From IMG/VR virus record IMGVR_UViG_3300034198_023063, positions 16,758 to 80,757 of that record: a stretch of 64,000 nt of DNA, one strand, 5' to 3'. Source of the stretch: a virus. The notes beneath the pieces were generated by a model. It was not told where the DNA came from. It ran no database searches and was given only the letters and a program-made list of their open reading frames with translations. Shown here in pieces: positions 21,355 through 30,811 of the stretch. The stretch's first letter is position 1. The number at the start of each line of letters is the position of its first letter. The position numbers and the translations under genes are program-made.

Positions 21355-22491
21355 GAAGTAAAAGCTGTCAGCCTCTTCTTTGAAAGAGTCGTCTAAGATT
21401 TGAGGCAAAGGGAAAGAGCCATTTCTAACATCTGGGTGATTAATTCCAGCCCGACAATGCCATTTGCTAGCGAACGTTTTCCCGCTTTTAATTATTATTT
21501 TATTTGTTTTGAAGAAAACTTTTGATTTATCAAGCCCATCTAAAAATGATAAATCCATTTTATTTAGCTTGTTAATTATTTTATAATTTAAATATTTTAG
21601 TTTTTCAGGCTCTAGGTCTTTATCGTTAAGGGATGTTATAATGTCATAATTAAATTTAAAAGACTCCAGTAAGTCTATAAAAGATGGATCTGAACCTTTT
21701 TGAACTTTAAAATATATTTTTTTAATTGAATTTTTATAAGTTAGTAAAATATTTTTAGAAATATCTCTATTTGTTACTATGGAAGCGGGACCATTTTTTA
21801 ATTGATCAGCAAGGTTTGCTTCTGAAAAAAATTCATCCATTCTAACTAATATTTCATTTTTTGAATCATTAGTTATTTTAAAACTGCAATCTGGAATTAA
21901 ATCCATAGTTGGAAATGAATAAACTTTCCCAATCGAAAGGGTTCTATCAAAATCATAATTTTCTTCAGGCGATAGTTTTGAAAGTATCTTTACTGCGATT
22001 TCTTCTGGTCTAATATTATTTATGAAATTACCAATAGGATTAAAAAAGTTTTTTGATGCTTTATTCGTATTGATGATTTCATTTTCGCCAAGCAGCAAAT
22101 TGTCAACAAGATAATCTGTTTTTAAAAATATTTGCGGAATTCCTTTTTCAGAACAGATGAGAGAATAAAATTTTGAAGAACCACAATAAAGCATTGAGTG
22201 GTTTAGCATATAGGCTTTTTCAGACAAACTGGTTTCTTTGTCTATGCAAGTGCGGCTGAATGGTTGTTTTTTGTCGTCTACAAAATTAACTATCTCTATA
22301 CTATTTTTAGATAAGAAAGGCTCAATTAATTGAACGACCCTACTCCAGAATACATAATTTAAATTTTGATCATCGTTTTGAGTTTCCAGCACTATGTATT
22401 TAGTGAATGGTAGTGGGAAAAACTTCTGATAAATAAAACTATCATTAGGCTCGATGCCTGTAGTAGAAGAAAAAGATTTAAGTAAATTCAT
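21334..22491 (-). CDS. glycosyltransferase-like protein (GT9/GT-B-like N-terminal half) with unknown C-terminal domain
   Basis: 'KYIVL...YVFWSRVVQLI...TSLSEKAYMLNHSMLY...INNIRPEEI' resembles the heptosyltransferase C-terminal pattern, but is degenerate. Confidence 0.45.
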   Translation of the reverse strand: MNLLKSFSSTTGIEPNDSFIYQKFFPLPFTKYIVLETQNDDQNLNYVFWSRVVQLIEPFLSKNSIEIVNFVDDKKQPFSRTCIDKETSLSEKAYMLNHSMLYCGSSKFYSLICSEKGIPQIFLKTDYLVDNLLLGENEIINTNKASKNFFNPIGNFINNIRPEEIAVKILSKLSPEENYDFDRTLSIGKVYSFPTMDLIPDCSFKITNDSKNEILVRMDEFFSEANLADQLKNGPASIVTNRDISKNILLTYKNSIKKIYFKVQKGSDPSFIDLLESFKFNYDIITSLNDKDLEPEKLKYLNYKIINKLNKMDLSFLDGLDKSKVFFKTNKIIIKSGKTFASKWHCRAGINHPDVRNGSFPLPQILDDSFKEEADSFYFLTNEKI

Positions 22492-24353
22492 GGAACTAAA
22501 ACAGAATGAAAATTATTAATAGAAAAATTATCAAGGCAATAAATCGACTCAAAGTTATTTCTAAGAAATTCTAAATTGCTTAAATCTTTGCCTTGAACGA
22601 GAACTTCATGGACGTCAGTATTACCAAAGAATATTTCAGCAGAATCTTTATTTGTATGAACAAATATTTTTTTATTTGGTTGTTTTTTCTTTATAGAAGA
22701 AATGATTTTAGTTGATAAAAAAACATTCTCCTTGGAAGAATTTATACTAACAAAAATTCTGTCTTTCTTTTCGCTGTCTATGAATAAATTATCTACAGTA
22801 GTATTTTTAAATTTTGCTACTTCTTGCCTAGCAACATCTCTAAAAAATCCAACAATAGCATCTCTGGGAACGCCAGAATTTATTTTTTCAATCCAGTGCG
22901 TTAGACCTTCGTCGTTATCTTTGACTATTCTGCCTAGAATTTTAAAATATAAAGTTTTAAGCCATAAAATATTATCTTCTATGTTATCTATATTTGCTTC
23001 TGGGTTAGCTTTTGAATTTTTACTGTCTTCTGGACAATATTCTGAAAAGGGTTGCGAATCTAAAAATTTTTCTATTTTTCCACCAATAAAAGAGGCGGAA
23101 AAATTTTCAATTACCCATTTCCTAGCGGTTCTTCCCATTTTTTGTTTTTGAGACGAATCCATTTTGAAAACAGTTTCTAGATTTTTAGCAATTGATTTGG
23201 GGCAAGTTGAAGCTTTAATAAACTCCGTCCCGAATTCTCTATATTCACTCCAGTCTAGAGGAATTGATGCGGCTTCTGGACAGCACATTTCTTCTCCGCA
23301 GCTATAGTTTGTAACTAAAGTAATTAAGCCAGTAAGCTTCGCTTCTTGTATGGGTATTTCCTGACCGCCGCTAGTAAAGGGATGACAATAAACATCCATG
23401 CAATTGTATATTTCATTTAATTGCTTTTCATTAACGCCGCAAGCAACACCAGTGGTTATTTGAGAATTATTAGTCCTGCAAAATTTACAACTGACTTCAG
23501 GGCCAGAGAAATTTTTAATTTCATACGCTTTGCAATTTCTACAAACGTATGTAGTCAAAACATCCGACTCTGCAACTCCAGTTTCTTTGCATAGTTTATG
23601 AATATTCCAACCTTCTTGCCAATGAGTGTGTAGAAGTAATTTTGCTGAAATCTGAGGATTGACGTCTTTGAAAATTTTAAAACCCTGTAGCAGATTAGGA
23701 ACGGATTTTCTTAATTGATTTCTAAAAACAAATCCTATAATAAAATCTTTTTTTGGTATGTTGTTATTTTTTCTAATTTCATCCTTTTCTTCTTGAGGCA
23801 GCGGTTTGAAGTCGGAAATATAAATAGCTCCATGAAGGGTTTTAACGTGAGATAAACCGATCCTGTGCATTTCTTTCTCAGCAAAACTAGACCATACCCA
23901 ATAGTTTTTAATTTTAGGAGCTTGAGATATGGCGGATGGAAGAAGCGGCAATGAATCTAAAGTGGTCCATATTACAGAATTAATTTTATTAAACCAAGGC
24001 TTATCAATGCAATAATCTACACCCCAAAAATCTTGAACTCCTATATAGAAATCTGGTTTTTCATTTTCTATTATTTTATCTATTTCAAATGCTCCATATG
24101 AATATAGTCTAGTTTTATCTGGAGAACTATTAAAATCTTGAAGTTCTGGGCCTTGGCTTGGTACTACGCCAACGCTTCTCCAAGGGGTTCTTTCTAGCTC
24201 TGGATGATTTTTTGTTACTCCTCCAGCCAAGCTAATTATATCATACTTTCCAGTATTATATAAATAAGAAAGAATGGCCTTGGCATTTCTGCCAAAGCCA
24301 GTCTTACTAAGAGCAAAATCGCTATGAAAAACTATTTTCTTCTTTTTTACCAT
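22488..24353 (-). CDS. GT4-family glycosyltransferase with CxxC-CxxC insertion and C-terminal DUF4214-like/GT9-like segments
   Basis: TGFGR N-terminal motif; RNQLRK; 'LNEIYNCMDVYCHPFTSGGQEIPIQEA'; CRNC...CKFC; 'LYFKILGR...DEGLTHW'. Confidence 0.75.
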   Translation of the reverse strand: MVKKKKIVFHSDFALSKTGFGRNAKAILSYLYNTGKYDIISLAGGVTKNHPELERTPWRSVGVVPSQGPELQDFNSSPDKTRLYSYGAFEIDKIIENEKPDFYIGVQDFWGVDYCIDKPWFNKINSVIWTTLDSLPLLPSAISQAPKIKNYWVWSSFAEKEMHRIGLSHVKTLHGAIYISDFKPLPQEEKDEIRKNNNIPKKDFIIGFVFRNQLRKSVPNLLQGFKIFKDVNPQISAKLLLHTHWQEGWNIHKLCKETGVAESDVLTTYVCRNCKAYEIKNFSGPEVSCKFCRTNNSQITTGVACGVNEKQLNEIYNCMDVYCHPFTSGGQEIPIQEAKLTGLITLVTNYSCGEEMCCPEAASIPLDWSEYREFGTEFIKASTCPKSIAKNLETVFKMDSSQKQKMGRTARKWVIENFSASFIGGKIEKFLDSQPFSEYCPEDSKNSKANPEANIDNIEDNILWLKTLYFKILGRIVKDNDEGLTHWIEKINSGVPRDAIVGFFRDVARQEVAKFKNTTVDNLFIDSEKKDRIFVSINSSKENVFLSTKIISSIKKKQPNKKIFVHTNKDSAEIFFGNTDVHEVLVQGKDLSNLEFLRNNFESIYCLDNFSINNFHSVLVP

Positions 24354-24922
24354 AGATCATCGTCCGAAGACTCCTGCTTGGGTGCCTCTTCCTTTTTTGG
24401 AGCGGCCTGAGCGGGAGCAGCGGTCGATTTATTATCTTGTTCCTTCATTGCCTTTTCAAAGATTTTTGCCAAAGACAACATAAAATAAGATTCAAGCTTG
24501 ATAGCTTCGCCAAAAGTAAAACCGATTAGGAATGAAGTTTTATCTTGAGCATTTTCTCGGCTTTCCTTAGATACAGAAAGTGAGTAGCCAACTTGAGAAA
24601 TCTGATTTGGATTATCCTTGCTGGCGCGATTGTATGGAGAAAACTTAATTCGAGTTACTTGTTTAGGAGAATCGTGAAAGCCGTTGAATTCAGCATTTCT
24701 ACGCATGGCTGAAATAATGTCTCCAATCTCAGTAGAACTGATTTTGACAGAGGCAGACATTTTTGGATTTTGAGCGTTTCCAGCGAAAGAGCCACGCTTC
24801 TTGGCTTCATCCCAACTAGATTGCTTGATTAGGTTAATATAGACGCAGTCGTCCTTGGCTGAAAAGTTGAACGAACATCCAGTCCCAGTGTTTTTTGGAT
24901 TCGGTTTATAAAATTGAATCAT
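24347..24922 (-). CDS. putative single-stranded DNA-binding protein, Whirly/PC4-like fold, with acidic tail
   Basis: Next to dnaE; FYK...WD...F...S.E.G.I...FHD...GYSLSV...F..GEA..L pattern; C-terminus ESSDDDLW. Confidence 0.55.
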   Translation of the reverse strand: MIQFYKPNPKNTGTGCSFNFSAKDDCVYINLIKQSSWDEAKKRGSFAGNAQNPKMSASVKISSTEIGDIISAMRRNAEFNGFHDSPKQVTRIKFSPYNRASKDNPNQISQVGYSLSVSKESRENAQDKTSFLIGFTFGEAIKLESYFMLSLAKIFEKAMKEQDNKSTAAPAQAAPKKEEAPKQESSDDDLW

Positions 24923-24929
24923 ACGATAT

Positions 24930-24958
24930 ATGATGCTCTTTTTACTCTAGATTGTCAA
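24930..24958 (-). promoter_or_regulatory. leaderless promoter TTGACA-N17-CATCAT
   Basis: ATG 24922 follows the -10 box after 7 nt; the -35 box lies inside the dnaE 3' end. Confidence 0.7.
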
Positions 24959-27509
24959 GATTTTTTTCTTTAAGCTCAGACAATTTTGTATATATTTTTA
25001 GTGTTTGAACGCCGAAAGTTTCTGCGAAAACACAGTCTTGCTTTTTGGTTCCTTTAACGATAACTATGTCTTCAGTTTCGGGCAGATAATCGTTATTTGC
25101 CGACTTGTTAAAGTCGATTTTATCATTAAAGGTAAGGATGGGAATTGATCCATACTCGTCAGACACAATCATCTTAAATGTTCTGGTTTTCTTTTCGTTT
25201 TTGGATACCCATTGGGAACTTTCTTCAACTTTGCCAACTATAAATACAGTAGAGTTATCTTGTTTATTTGGTAAGTCTTTCAATGTGACTAGATTAGGCA
25301 TCTTCTGAGAGAATATCTCAAATAAAGATTTGTCGTAGCTGTATCCAAGAAGTTTAGTTTCATAAAACCAATTAGCAAAGCTTTCTGATTTATTATTTTG
25401 CTGGTAGATCTTTAAATAAGGATCATATTTCTTTTTGATTGTCTGAAATCTAGATTCTTTAATTAAAAGCTTGCCATTTTCATTCTTTGTCTCTGATAGC
25501 TTTTTAAGAACTTTAATTAAATCAAACTCAAATTCTGAACCAAATTGAATGGCTAACACTTTTTCCTTATCAGTAAGAATATTCCATAATTGAGCCTCTA
25601 GCACAACTCTGCTTCTTGAAGATGAGAATCCATCTAACGCACCGGCTTGAATTAAAGCTGAAACAACTCCAATAGATAGCCCGACTTCTTTTGCTGCCTC
25701 AAAAACTTCGAACTTGTTTGAATGATCTGATTTAAAGTTTTTAAGCTTTTCCATCGTTTTTTCAGAAATACCCTTGATCGAAGACAATCCGAATCTAATG
25801 TCTTCTCCTTGAATTGAAAAATCTGTTTCTGATTTTAAGATATGCGGGCCAAGAAGCTTTATGCCGAAATGCCTAAGTTCTTTCTGTATTTTTGAAATTT
25901 CTTCTAGAGGAGCAGGTTCATGCTTAGTCATCTCAAGCAGAGCGAGGAAAAAATGTTTTGGATACTTGAATTTTAAGTAAATAGTGCAAGCAGCCAATGC
26001 GGCATAACTCATTGAATGAGATTTATTGAAAGAGTAGTTTGCGGAGTTTTCTAAAATTCTCCACAGAATATCTCCAATCTCGGGAGCTAATTTATTTTCC
26101 TTAATTTTTTCAGAAATCTTTTCTTGCCACTTCTTTACTTCTTCTACCTTCTTTTTGCCAACAATTCGACGCAAAACTTCAGCTTCATCAAGAGTGAAGC
26201 CAATCTTGTTGGACATTTTCATTAACTGCTCTTGGTAAAGAGCTACGCCGCCACTTGAGCTAAGAACAGAATCAAAGAAAGGATGAATTGGTTCGTAAAC
26301 ATTGTTGTTAGTAAAATTAGCGTATTGATCTACGAACTCCAAGGCTCCGGGGCGAGCCAATGCAAGTACACCACTTAATTCTTCTAGATTTTTCGGTTTA
26401 ACTTTTTTACAAACCTTGAAATTTGTATCAGCTTCAATTTGAAAAATTCCATGAGGAGTTTTTAAATCGGCTAGTTGTTGATAAATGAACGGATCGTTAA
26501 AATCTATATCGTTAACGTTTATTCCAACTAACTTGCAGACTCTATCGACTATTGAAACGCTTCGCAAACCTAACAAGTCAAGTTTAACATTGAACGTGGA
26601 TGCCCAGTTCATGTCATAGCTAGAGACCTGTTCCTTGTCGCTAGTAAGTTCAGTAGGGCAGCTTTTATCCATCGGGTAGTACGAAAGCATCATGCCAGAT
26701 GCATGAACGCTTTTATTTTTGATTAAACTTCTTAATTTAAGAGCGGTATTGTAAACCCTTGGATTTTCATTACACCATTTCTTGAACTCTTCCACTTCGT
26801 CATAAGCGTCTTTCAGATCCATGACTTGGCCGAAAGTCTTCGGAATTAAAGAGCTTACGTCATTCATTTCTGTTTCTGTCTTTTCTTCTATTATTTTACC
26901 ACATTCTTTGATTAGTAGTTTGCCACTCAAAGTGGTTAATGTTAAAATTTTAGAAGTCCTTCCAGAGAATAACTGCTCTAGGAATTTAATTACTTTATAG
27001 CGATTATAGTAGCAAATATCAATGTCAACATCGCACATTAAAGATCCATCAAGATAAGTAATGCCATCGACTACTTGCTTCTTGGCTCGAATCTTAGAGA
27101 TGAAACGCTCAAAGAATAGTTCGTATTTGATTGGATCTACCTTGGTAACCCCCAACAAATAAAGAATAAGGCTGCCAGCAGCAGAGCCGCGTCCAAGACC
27201 AACAGGAATGGAGTTTTCGTTGCAATAATTAACAACAGTCCATACTAATAGAACATAATCTAGAAATCCAAGCTCTTTAATGGTTTCCAGTTCATACTTT
27301 ACTCTTTCTGAATATTTAGAGTATTCTTCTTTCGGAATTTTTAATTTCTTAAAATTGCTTCTGCAAACTTGAATCAAAAAGTCATAGTTAGAAGACTCTT
27401 CTTTTAGGCCGTATTGAGTCTTGAGCCGGTTCTCTATATTAAATTCTGGCAAACGAACGCCATACAATGGAAGCTTTATATTGTCAAACGCAGATTCAAA
27501 TTTATTCAT
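24942..27509 (-). CDS. dnaE: DNA polymerase III alpha subunit catalytic core (palm/thumb/fingers/HhH/OB), lacking the PHP domain
   Basis: GLGRGSAAGSL, FFERF, DVDID, KLDLLGL, YQEQLM, YSFNKSH and IRFGLSSIKGI motifs. Confidence 0.95.
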   Translation of the reverse strand: MNKFESAFDNIKLPLYGVRLPEFNIENRLKTQYGLKEESSNYDFLIQVCRSNFKKLKIPKEEYSKYSERVKYELETIKELGFLDYVLLVWTVVNYCNENSIPVGLGRGSAAGSLILYLLGVTKVDPIKYELFFERFISKIRAKKQVVDGITYLDGSLMCDVDIDICYYNRYKVIKFLEQLFSGRTSKILTLTTLSGKLLIKECGKIIEEKTETEMNDVSSLIPKTFGQVMDLKDAYDEVEEFKKWCNENPRVYNTALKLRSLIKNKSVHASGMMLSYYPMDKSCPTELTSDKEQVSSYDMNWASTFNVKLDLLGLRSVSIVDRVCKLVGINVNDIDFNDPFIYQQLADLKTPHGIFQIEADTNFKVCKKVKPKNLEELSGVLALARPGALEFVDQYANFTNNNVYEPIHPFFDSVLSSSGGVALYQEQLMKMSNKIGFTLDEAEVLRRIVGKKKVEEVKKWQEKISEKIKENKLAPEIGDILWRILENSANYSFNKSHSMSYAALAACTIYLKFKYPKHFFLALLEMTKHEPAPLEEISKIQKELRHFGIKLLGPHILKSETDFSIQGEDIRFGLSSIKGISEKTMEKLKNFKSDHSNKFEVFEAAKEVGLSIGVVSALIQAGALDGFSSSRSRVVLEAQLWNILTDKEKVLAIQFGSEFEFDLIKVLKKLSETKNENGKLLIKESRFQTIKKKYDPYLKIYQQNNKSESFANWFYETKLLGYSYDKSLFEIFSQKMPNLVTLKDLPNKQDNSTVFIVGKVEESSQWVSKNEKKTRTFKMIVSDEYGSIPILTFNDKIDFNKSANNDYLPETEDIVIVKGTKKQDCVFAETFGVQTLKIYTKLSELKEKNLDNLE

Positions 27510-28144
27510 ATCTCGACTTGAAATTTAATTTTATTCCACACTTTTAGATTTAACTCCAAATCTACAATAGCATTGTGGAGATTTTCGTAATCATGCTCTA
27601 TGTTATAATCTTTTCCGAGAGAAGTTAAATTAGTTTTAATGCCTTTTCTATAAGTATGAAGCAACTTGTATTGATATTCTACAAGGGACTCTTTTGGCAT
27701 TTTAGGAATTCCATATTTGATTCCTTTAGCCAAGCAATTAGTATCAAGGATTTTATTAACTAGATGGCTAGCTCGCATTCCTTTGAGTAAATACATCTCT
27801 TTTATTAAATACAAGTCGAAGCCAAGAATATTATGACCAACAATATAGTCAGAACACTCAAGCCAATCCCTAACAGTACTAAACACATCATCAAATTTCT
27901 TGCCAGTTGTTCTAATAAGTTCTTCTGGATATCTTGTGATTCTTCTCGCATCTTCAGATATTTTAAGGTTTGTGTCCCATTTAACAAGAAAATCTCGCTC
28001 GTCGACTTTTTTTCCGCCAACAGTGCTTAGCATCGCTATTTGCCAAGGTAGATTTTGACAGAAATTAAGGCAAAGATTAAGTGTTTCGCAGTCGATAAAA
28101 ACAAGTTTTTTAGACTTGTCAAATCTTAATAGTTCATTTTCCAT
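27506..28144 (-). CDS. DEDDh 3'-5' exonuclease (DnaQ/epsilon-like)
   Basis: ExoI FIDCET, ExoII GHNILGFD, ExoIII HNAIVD. Confidence 0.9.
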   Translation of the reverse strand: MENELLRFDKSKKLVFIDCETLNLCLNFCQNLPWQIAMLSTVGGKKVDERDFLVKWDTNLKISEDARRITRYPEELIRTTGKKFDDVFSTVRDWLECSDYIVGHNILGFDLYLIKEMYLLKGMRASHLVNKILDTNCLAKGIKYGIPKMPKESLVEYQYKLLHTYRKGIKTNLTSLGKDYNIEHDYENLHNAIVDLELNLKVWNKIKFQVEI

Positions 28145-28901
28145 ATTTTTCCTTGAATGATTCTGCGCAAAATTCGTTAGACGAAAAGTGGTCTAAGTTT
28201 GGTTTATTTAAAGTAGTTCTATTAGAAATACATCTGAAAGTTAAATACGTTAGAAAGTCTTCTTTGTTTTCGTAATACACAGATTGACTTTGCACTATAG
28301 AAGACTTGTCGAGAATTGTATCGTTAACCTTACGACTCAAAATACCATCGAAAGGCAAATTATTATCTTCAACAAAATAAATCAAATCGCAAAAACTAAA
28401 ATCAGGAACGCAAATGCTATAAGTTAAGTTATTCTTAAAAATATAGGAGTCGTAAAATGGTATTGCCATTAGAAGATTATCTTTATTCCATAGCTCTTTT
28501 AGAACTTTACAATCTATTCTTGGGTAATAATAAAATCCAGTAGTGCTGGCTGTTGTGGATATTTTAATTAGATCCTTATACCCTTCAGCATTTTTGATAA
28601 AGATTATTACTTTGTGCTCTTTATCTTTTGACTCAGTGGTCTTATTATTTATATCATCACATATCGTGAGCCTAAGCCCAAACCTTAAATCAATCTTCGA
28701 TTCTTCGCAAGACTTGTACGCCTCTAGAAAACCAGAAATAGAATCTTCAACCAAATATAGTTTGTTTAATTTAAGTTTTAAAGCAATATCTATTATTGAG
28801 CTTGGTTCATGCTCTGAGCTAGACCCAGCCTTAGAAAGCGTCAAAATAGATTTCCCAAGACTATAATGGGATTTGAAAAGAGGAATGGCTGAGTAGTCCA
28901 T
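28134..28901 (-). CDS. stand-alone PHP domain of DNA polymerase III alpha
   Basis: SHYSL, 'SISGFLEAYKSC', 'FIKNAEGYKDLIKI' and 'FYYYPRID' match the DnaE N-terminus. Confidence 0.85.
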   Translation of the reverse strand: MDYSAIPLFKSHYSLGKSILTLSKAGSSSEHEPSSIIDIALKLKLNKLYLVEDSISGFLEAYKSCEESKIDLRFGLRLTICDDINNKTTESKDKEHKVIIFIKNAEGYKDLIKISTTASTTGFYYYPRIDCKVLKELWNKDNLLMAIPFYDSYIFKNNLTYSICVPDFSFCDLIYFVEDNNLPFDGILSRKVNDTILDKSSIVQSQSVYYENKEDFLTYLTFRCISNRTTLNKPNLDHFSSNEFCAESFKEKYGK

Positions 28902-28906
28902 GGGAT

Positions 28907-28934
28907 ATGGTGGGCGATAGGTTCAATAAGTCAA
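28907..28934 (-). promoter_or_regulatory. leaderless promoter TTGACT-N16-CACCAT
   Basis: ATG 28901 follows the -10 box after 5 nt. Confidence 0.6.
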
Positions 28935-29897
28935 TCAAAAAGTTGGATCATCTTTGCGCCAAAATGGGCAACCTTTATAAGATGTTTTATTTATCAAAAC
29001 AATATTCGAATCATTAAAAAGATCGTCTCTGTTAAAAGATGATTTAATAAATTTATCATTCTTATCGTAACCCATATAATAAGTAGCTGGAAGTCTGGAT
29101 GGACAAATCCATTTTCCCTCTACGTCACTTCCACACATCCATTTCTTTTTTGGAGTACTCGCAGCTAAATTTTGAACAGCTCTTTTTTCATCAAAAGATG
29201 ATATGTATCCAGCGACGTAACTAAGATAAGCCTTGAAACCCTCTAATTGCTCTACGGTTGGTTTTGGGGCTTCTTGAATTGGCTGTTTTTTAAATTTAAG
29301 AAAAATAAATGAGACATCTGGAATATGGCCTTTAGTTTTAAATACAGCTAAAGAATACATCAAGTTTTGTAGGTTAAAGTCAATCTCTTCTTTAGAAAAC
29401 TTACCTTTGCTTGATTTGTAGTCGTAAATTTTATAGTTTGTATCGCTAAATTTTGCAAGCTTGTCAATAAATCCATTGATAATATAATCTTCCTCTTCAA
29501 GTTTAAACTCTGATTCAGCTTCAACAAGCAAAGCTCCACTACAGAAAAAGTCGCTTTGAAGACCTGTTTGGATCATATTATAAATAAGATCTAAATTTTC
29601 TTCGTCATTTACTTTGAGCTTTTTAGCGTGTTTTAGAATAAGTCTATGGATAGATGGATTTTTTATAACTCCAGCTTTGCCAGAGCATAGATCTTCAAAA
29701 TATTTTTTATGCCTATCAGTAAGGAGTAGCTCAAATATTAAATGGCAAATTGTCCCCCTTGAAGCTCCAGCGTTAGAAATATCTGGAAGTTTAAGAATAT
29801 ATTTAGTATAGTAAAGCCAGCTACACCCTTCGGCGGTTTTTATTTTACTAGCGCTTAGTTTTACTTTTTCTTTATTAATTAAAGTGTCTTGTGCCAT
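28935..29897 (-). CDS. PD-(D/E)XK exonuclease, Cas4/AddB/RecB-like, likely Fe-S
   Basis: LSASKI...C, RGTICH, GFIDKL, IYDYKS, Q...Y; one N-terminal and three C-terminal Cys. Confidence 0.85.
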   Translation of the reverse strand: MAQDTLINKEKVKLSASKIKTAEGCSWLYYTKYILKLPDISNAGASRGTICHLIFELLLTDRHKKYFEDLCSGKAGVIKNPSIHRLILKHAKKLKVNDEENLDLIYNMIQTGLQSDFFCSGALLVEAESEFKLEEEDYIINGFIDKLAKFSDTNYKIYDYKSSKGKFSKEEIDFNLQNLMYSLAVFKTKGHIPDVSFIFLKFKKQPIQEAPKPTVEQLEGFKAYLSYVAGYISSFDEKRAVQNLAASTPKKKWMCGSDVEGKWICPSRLPATYYMGYDKNDKFIKSSFNRDDLFNDSNIVLINKTSYKGCPFWRKDDPTF

Positions 29898-30811
29898 TGT
29901 AATATCTTTGCTTTGTCTAGCAGGTTTAAGTCTCCAAAGTCTTTCCCGCCAACAGGAAGATTGATTGAAATTTGATTTGTGTCAAAATAATTCAGTAATT
30001 TATTTTTTACAGCTTCCGCTGCTTCATTGCCAGCGTTGTTTGCTTGAGAGTCGTTATTAAAAGCTACAATTATTCTTTTAGGATTGATGGCGATTAAACT
30101 ATAAATTATTTTAACAGAAAGATTGAGACCAAATGTAACTATGCAATTTTTGATTCCATTTTCTCTCAAAGCGAGCATGTCGCCAATGCTTTCCACAAGA
30201 ATTACGGATTTGCTTTCTTTGATATCTTCTAAATTTACCTTTAAAGGGTAAACCCATTCTTTTTTATCTCCTATGTGTTTCCATTTTGGCCTTCCGTCTA
30301 AAGACAAAGGACCTACGTCTCTACCTGAAAAACCGATAATATTATCTTTGTTATCAAATACTGGGAAGGTGTATCTATTATACATTTTACCAGTAGTAGC
30401 AAGGCCGCATTGAAATGGAAGTAAAGTAGACGCAGAAATGCCTCTATTTAACCAGTAAGAATCGTCTTTGGCCAATTTTAATAATAAAGATTTATCAAAA
30501 TATTGGATTTGAGAAGTTGTTATCTTGGGTTTTTCTATCTCTTTAGTATCATAATTAACTCCTTTGGAAGAGATCCAGCTTTTAGCTTCGGTTATGTTTT
30601 TAAGCTTTAAAGTTATTTTAACTAGCTCCTCCAAGGACCCGCTTTTGCTTTCCTTGAAATCAACCCATTGACCAGAGTTTTTCCAGATGCGAAGTACGTT
30701 ATCGTTATCTGAGTCTCTATACAATGGCTTTGCTCTATATTCTCTTCCGTTATCGTTAAGAACATAGCCTAAATCCTGTAGGATTTGCCTAACAGACTCG
30801 CAGTCGTTCAT
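29879..30811 (-). CDS. dnaG: DNA primase (TOPRIM)
   Basis: RYTFPV...IIGFSGR, PKW, LVESIGD, AFNND...GNEAA, KDFGD. Confidence 0.85.
   Translation of the reverse strand: MNDCESVRQILQDLGYVLNDNGREYRAKPLYRDSDNDNVLRIWKNSGQWVDFKESKSGSLEELVKITLKLKNITEAKSWISSKGVNYDTKEIEKPKITTSQIQYFDKSLLLKLAKDDSYWLNRGISASTLLPFQCGLATTGKMYNRYTFPVFDNKDNIIGFSGRDVGPLSLDGRPKWKHIGDKKEWVYPLKVNLEDIKESKSVILVESIGDMLALRENGIKNCIVTFGLNLSVKIIYSLIAINPKRIIVAFNNDSQANNAGNEAAEAVKNKLLNYFDTNQISINLPVGGKDFGDLNLLDKAKILQWHKTL

Noticed and set aside
24942-28901. Split intein or pseudogenised dnaE
   Set aside because: No intein terminal motifs; all three ORFs are intact with proper starts, and the exonuclease and polymerase catalytic residues are retained.
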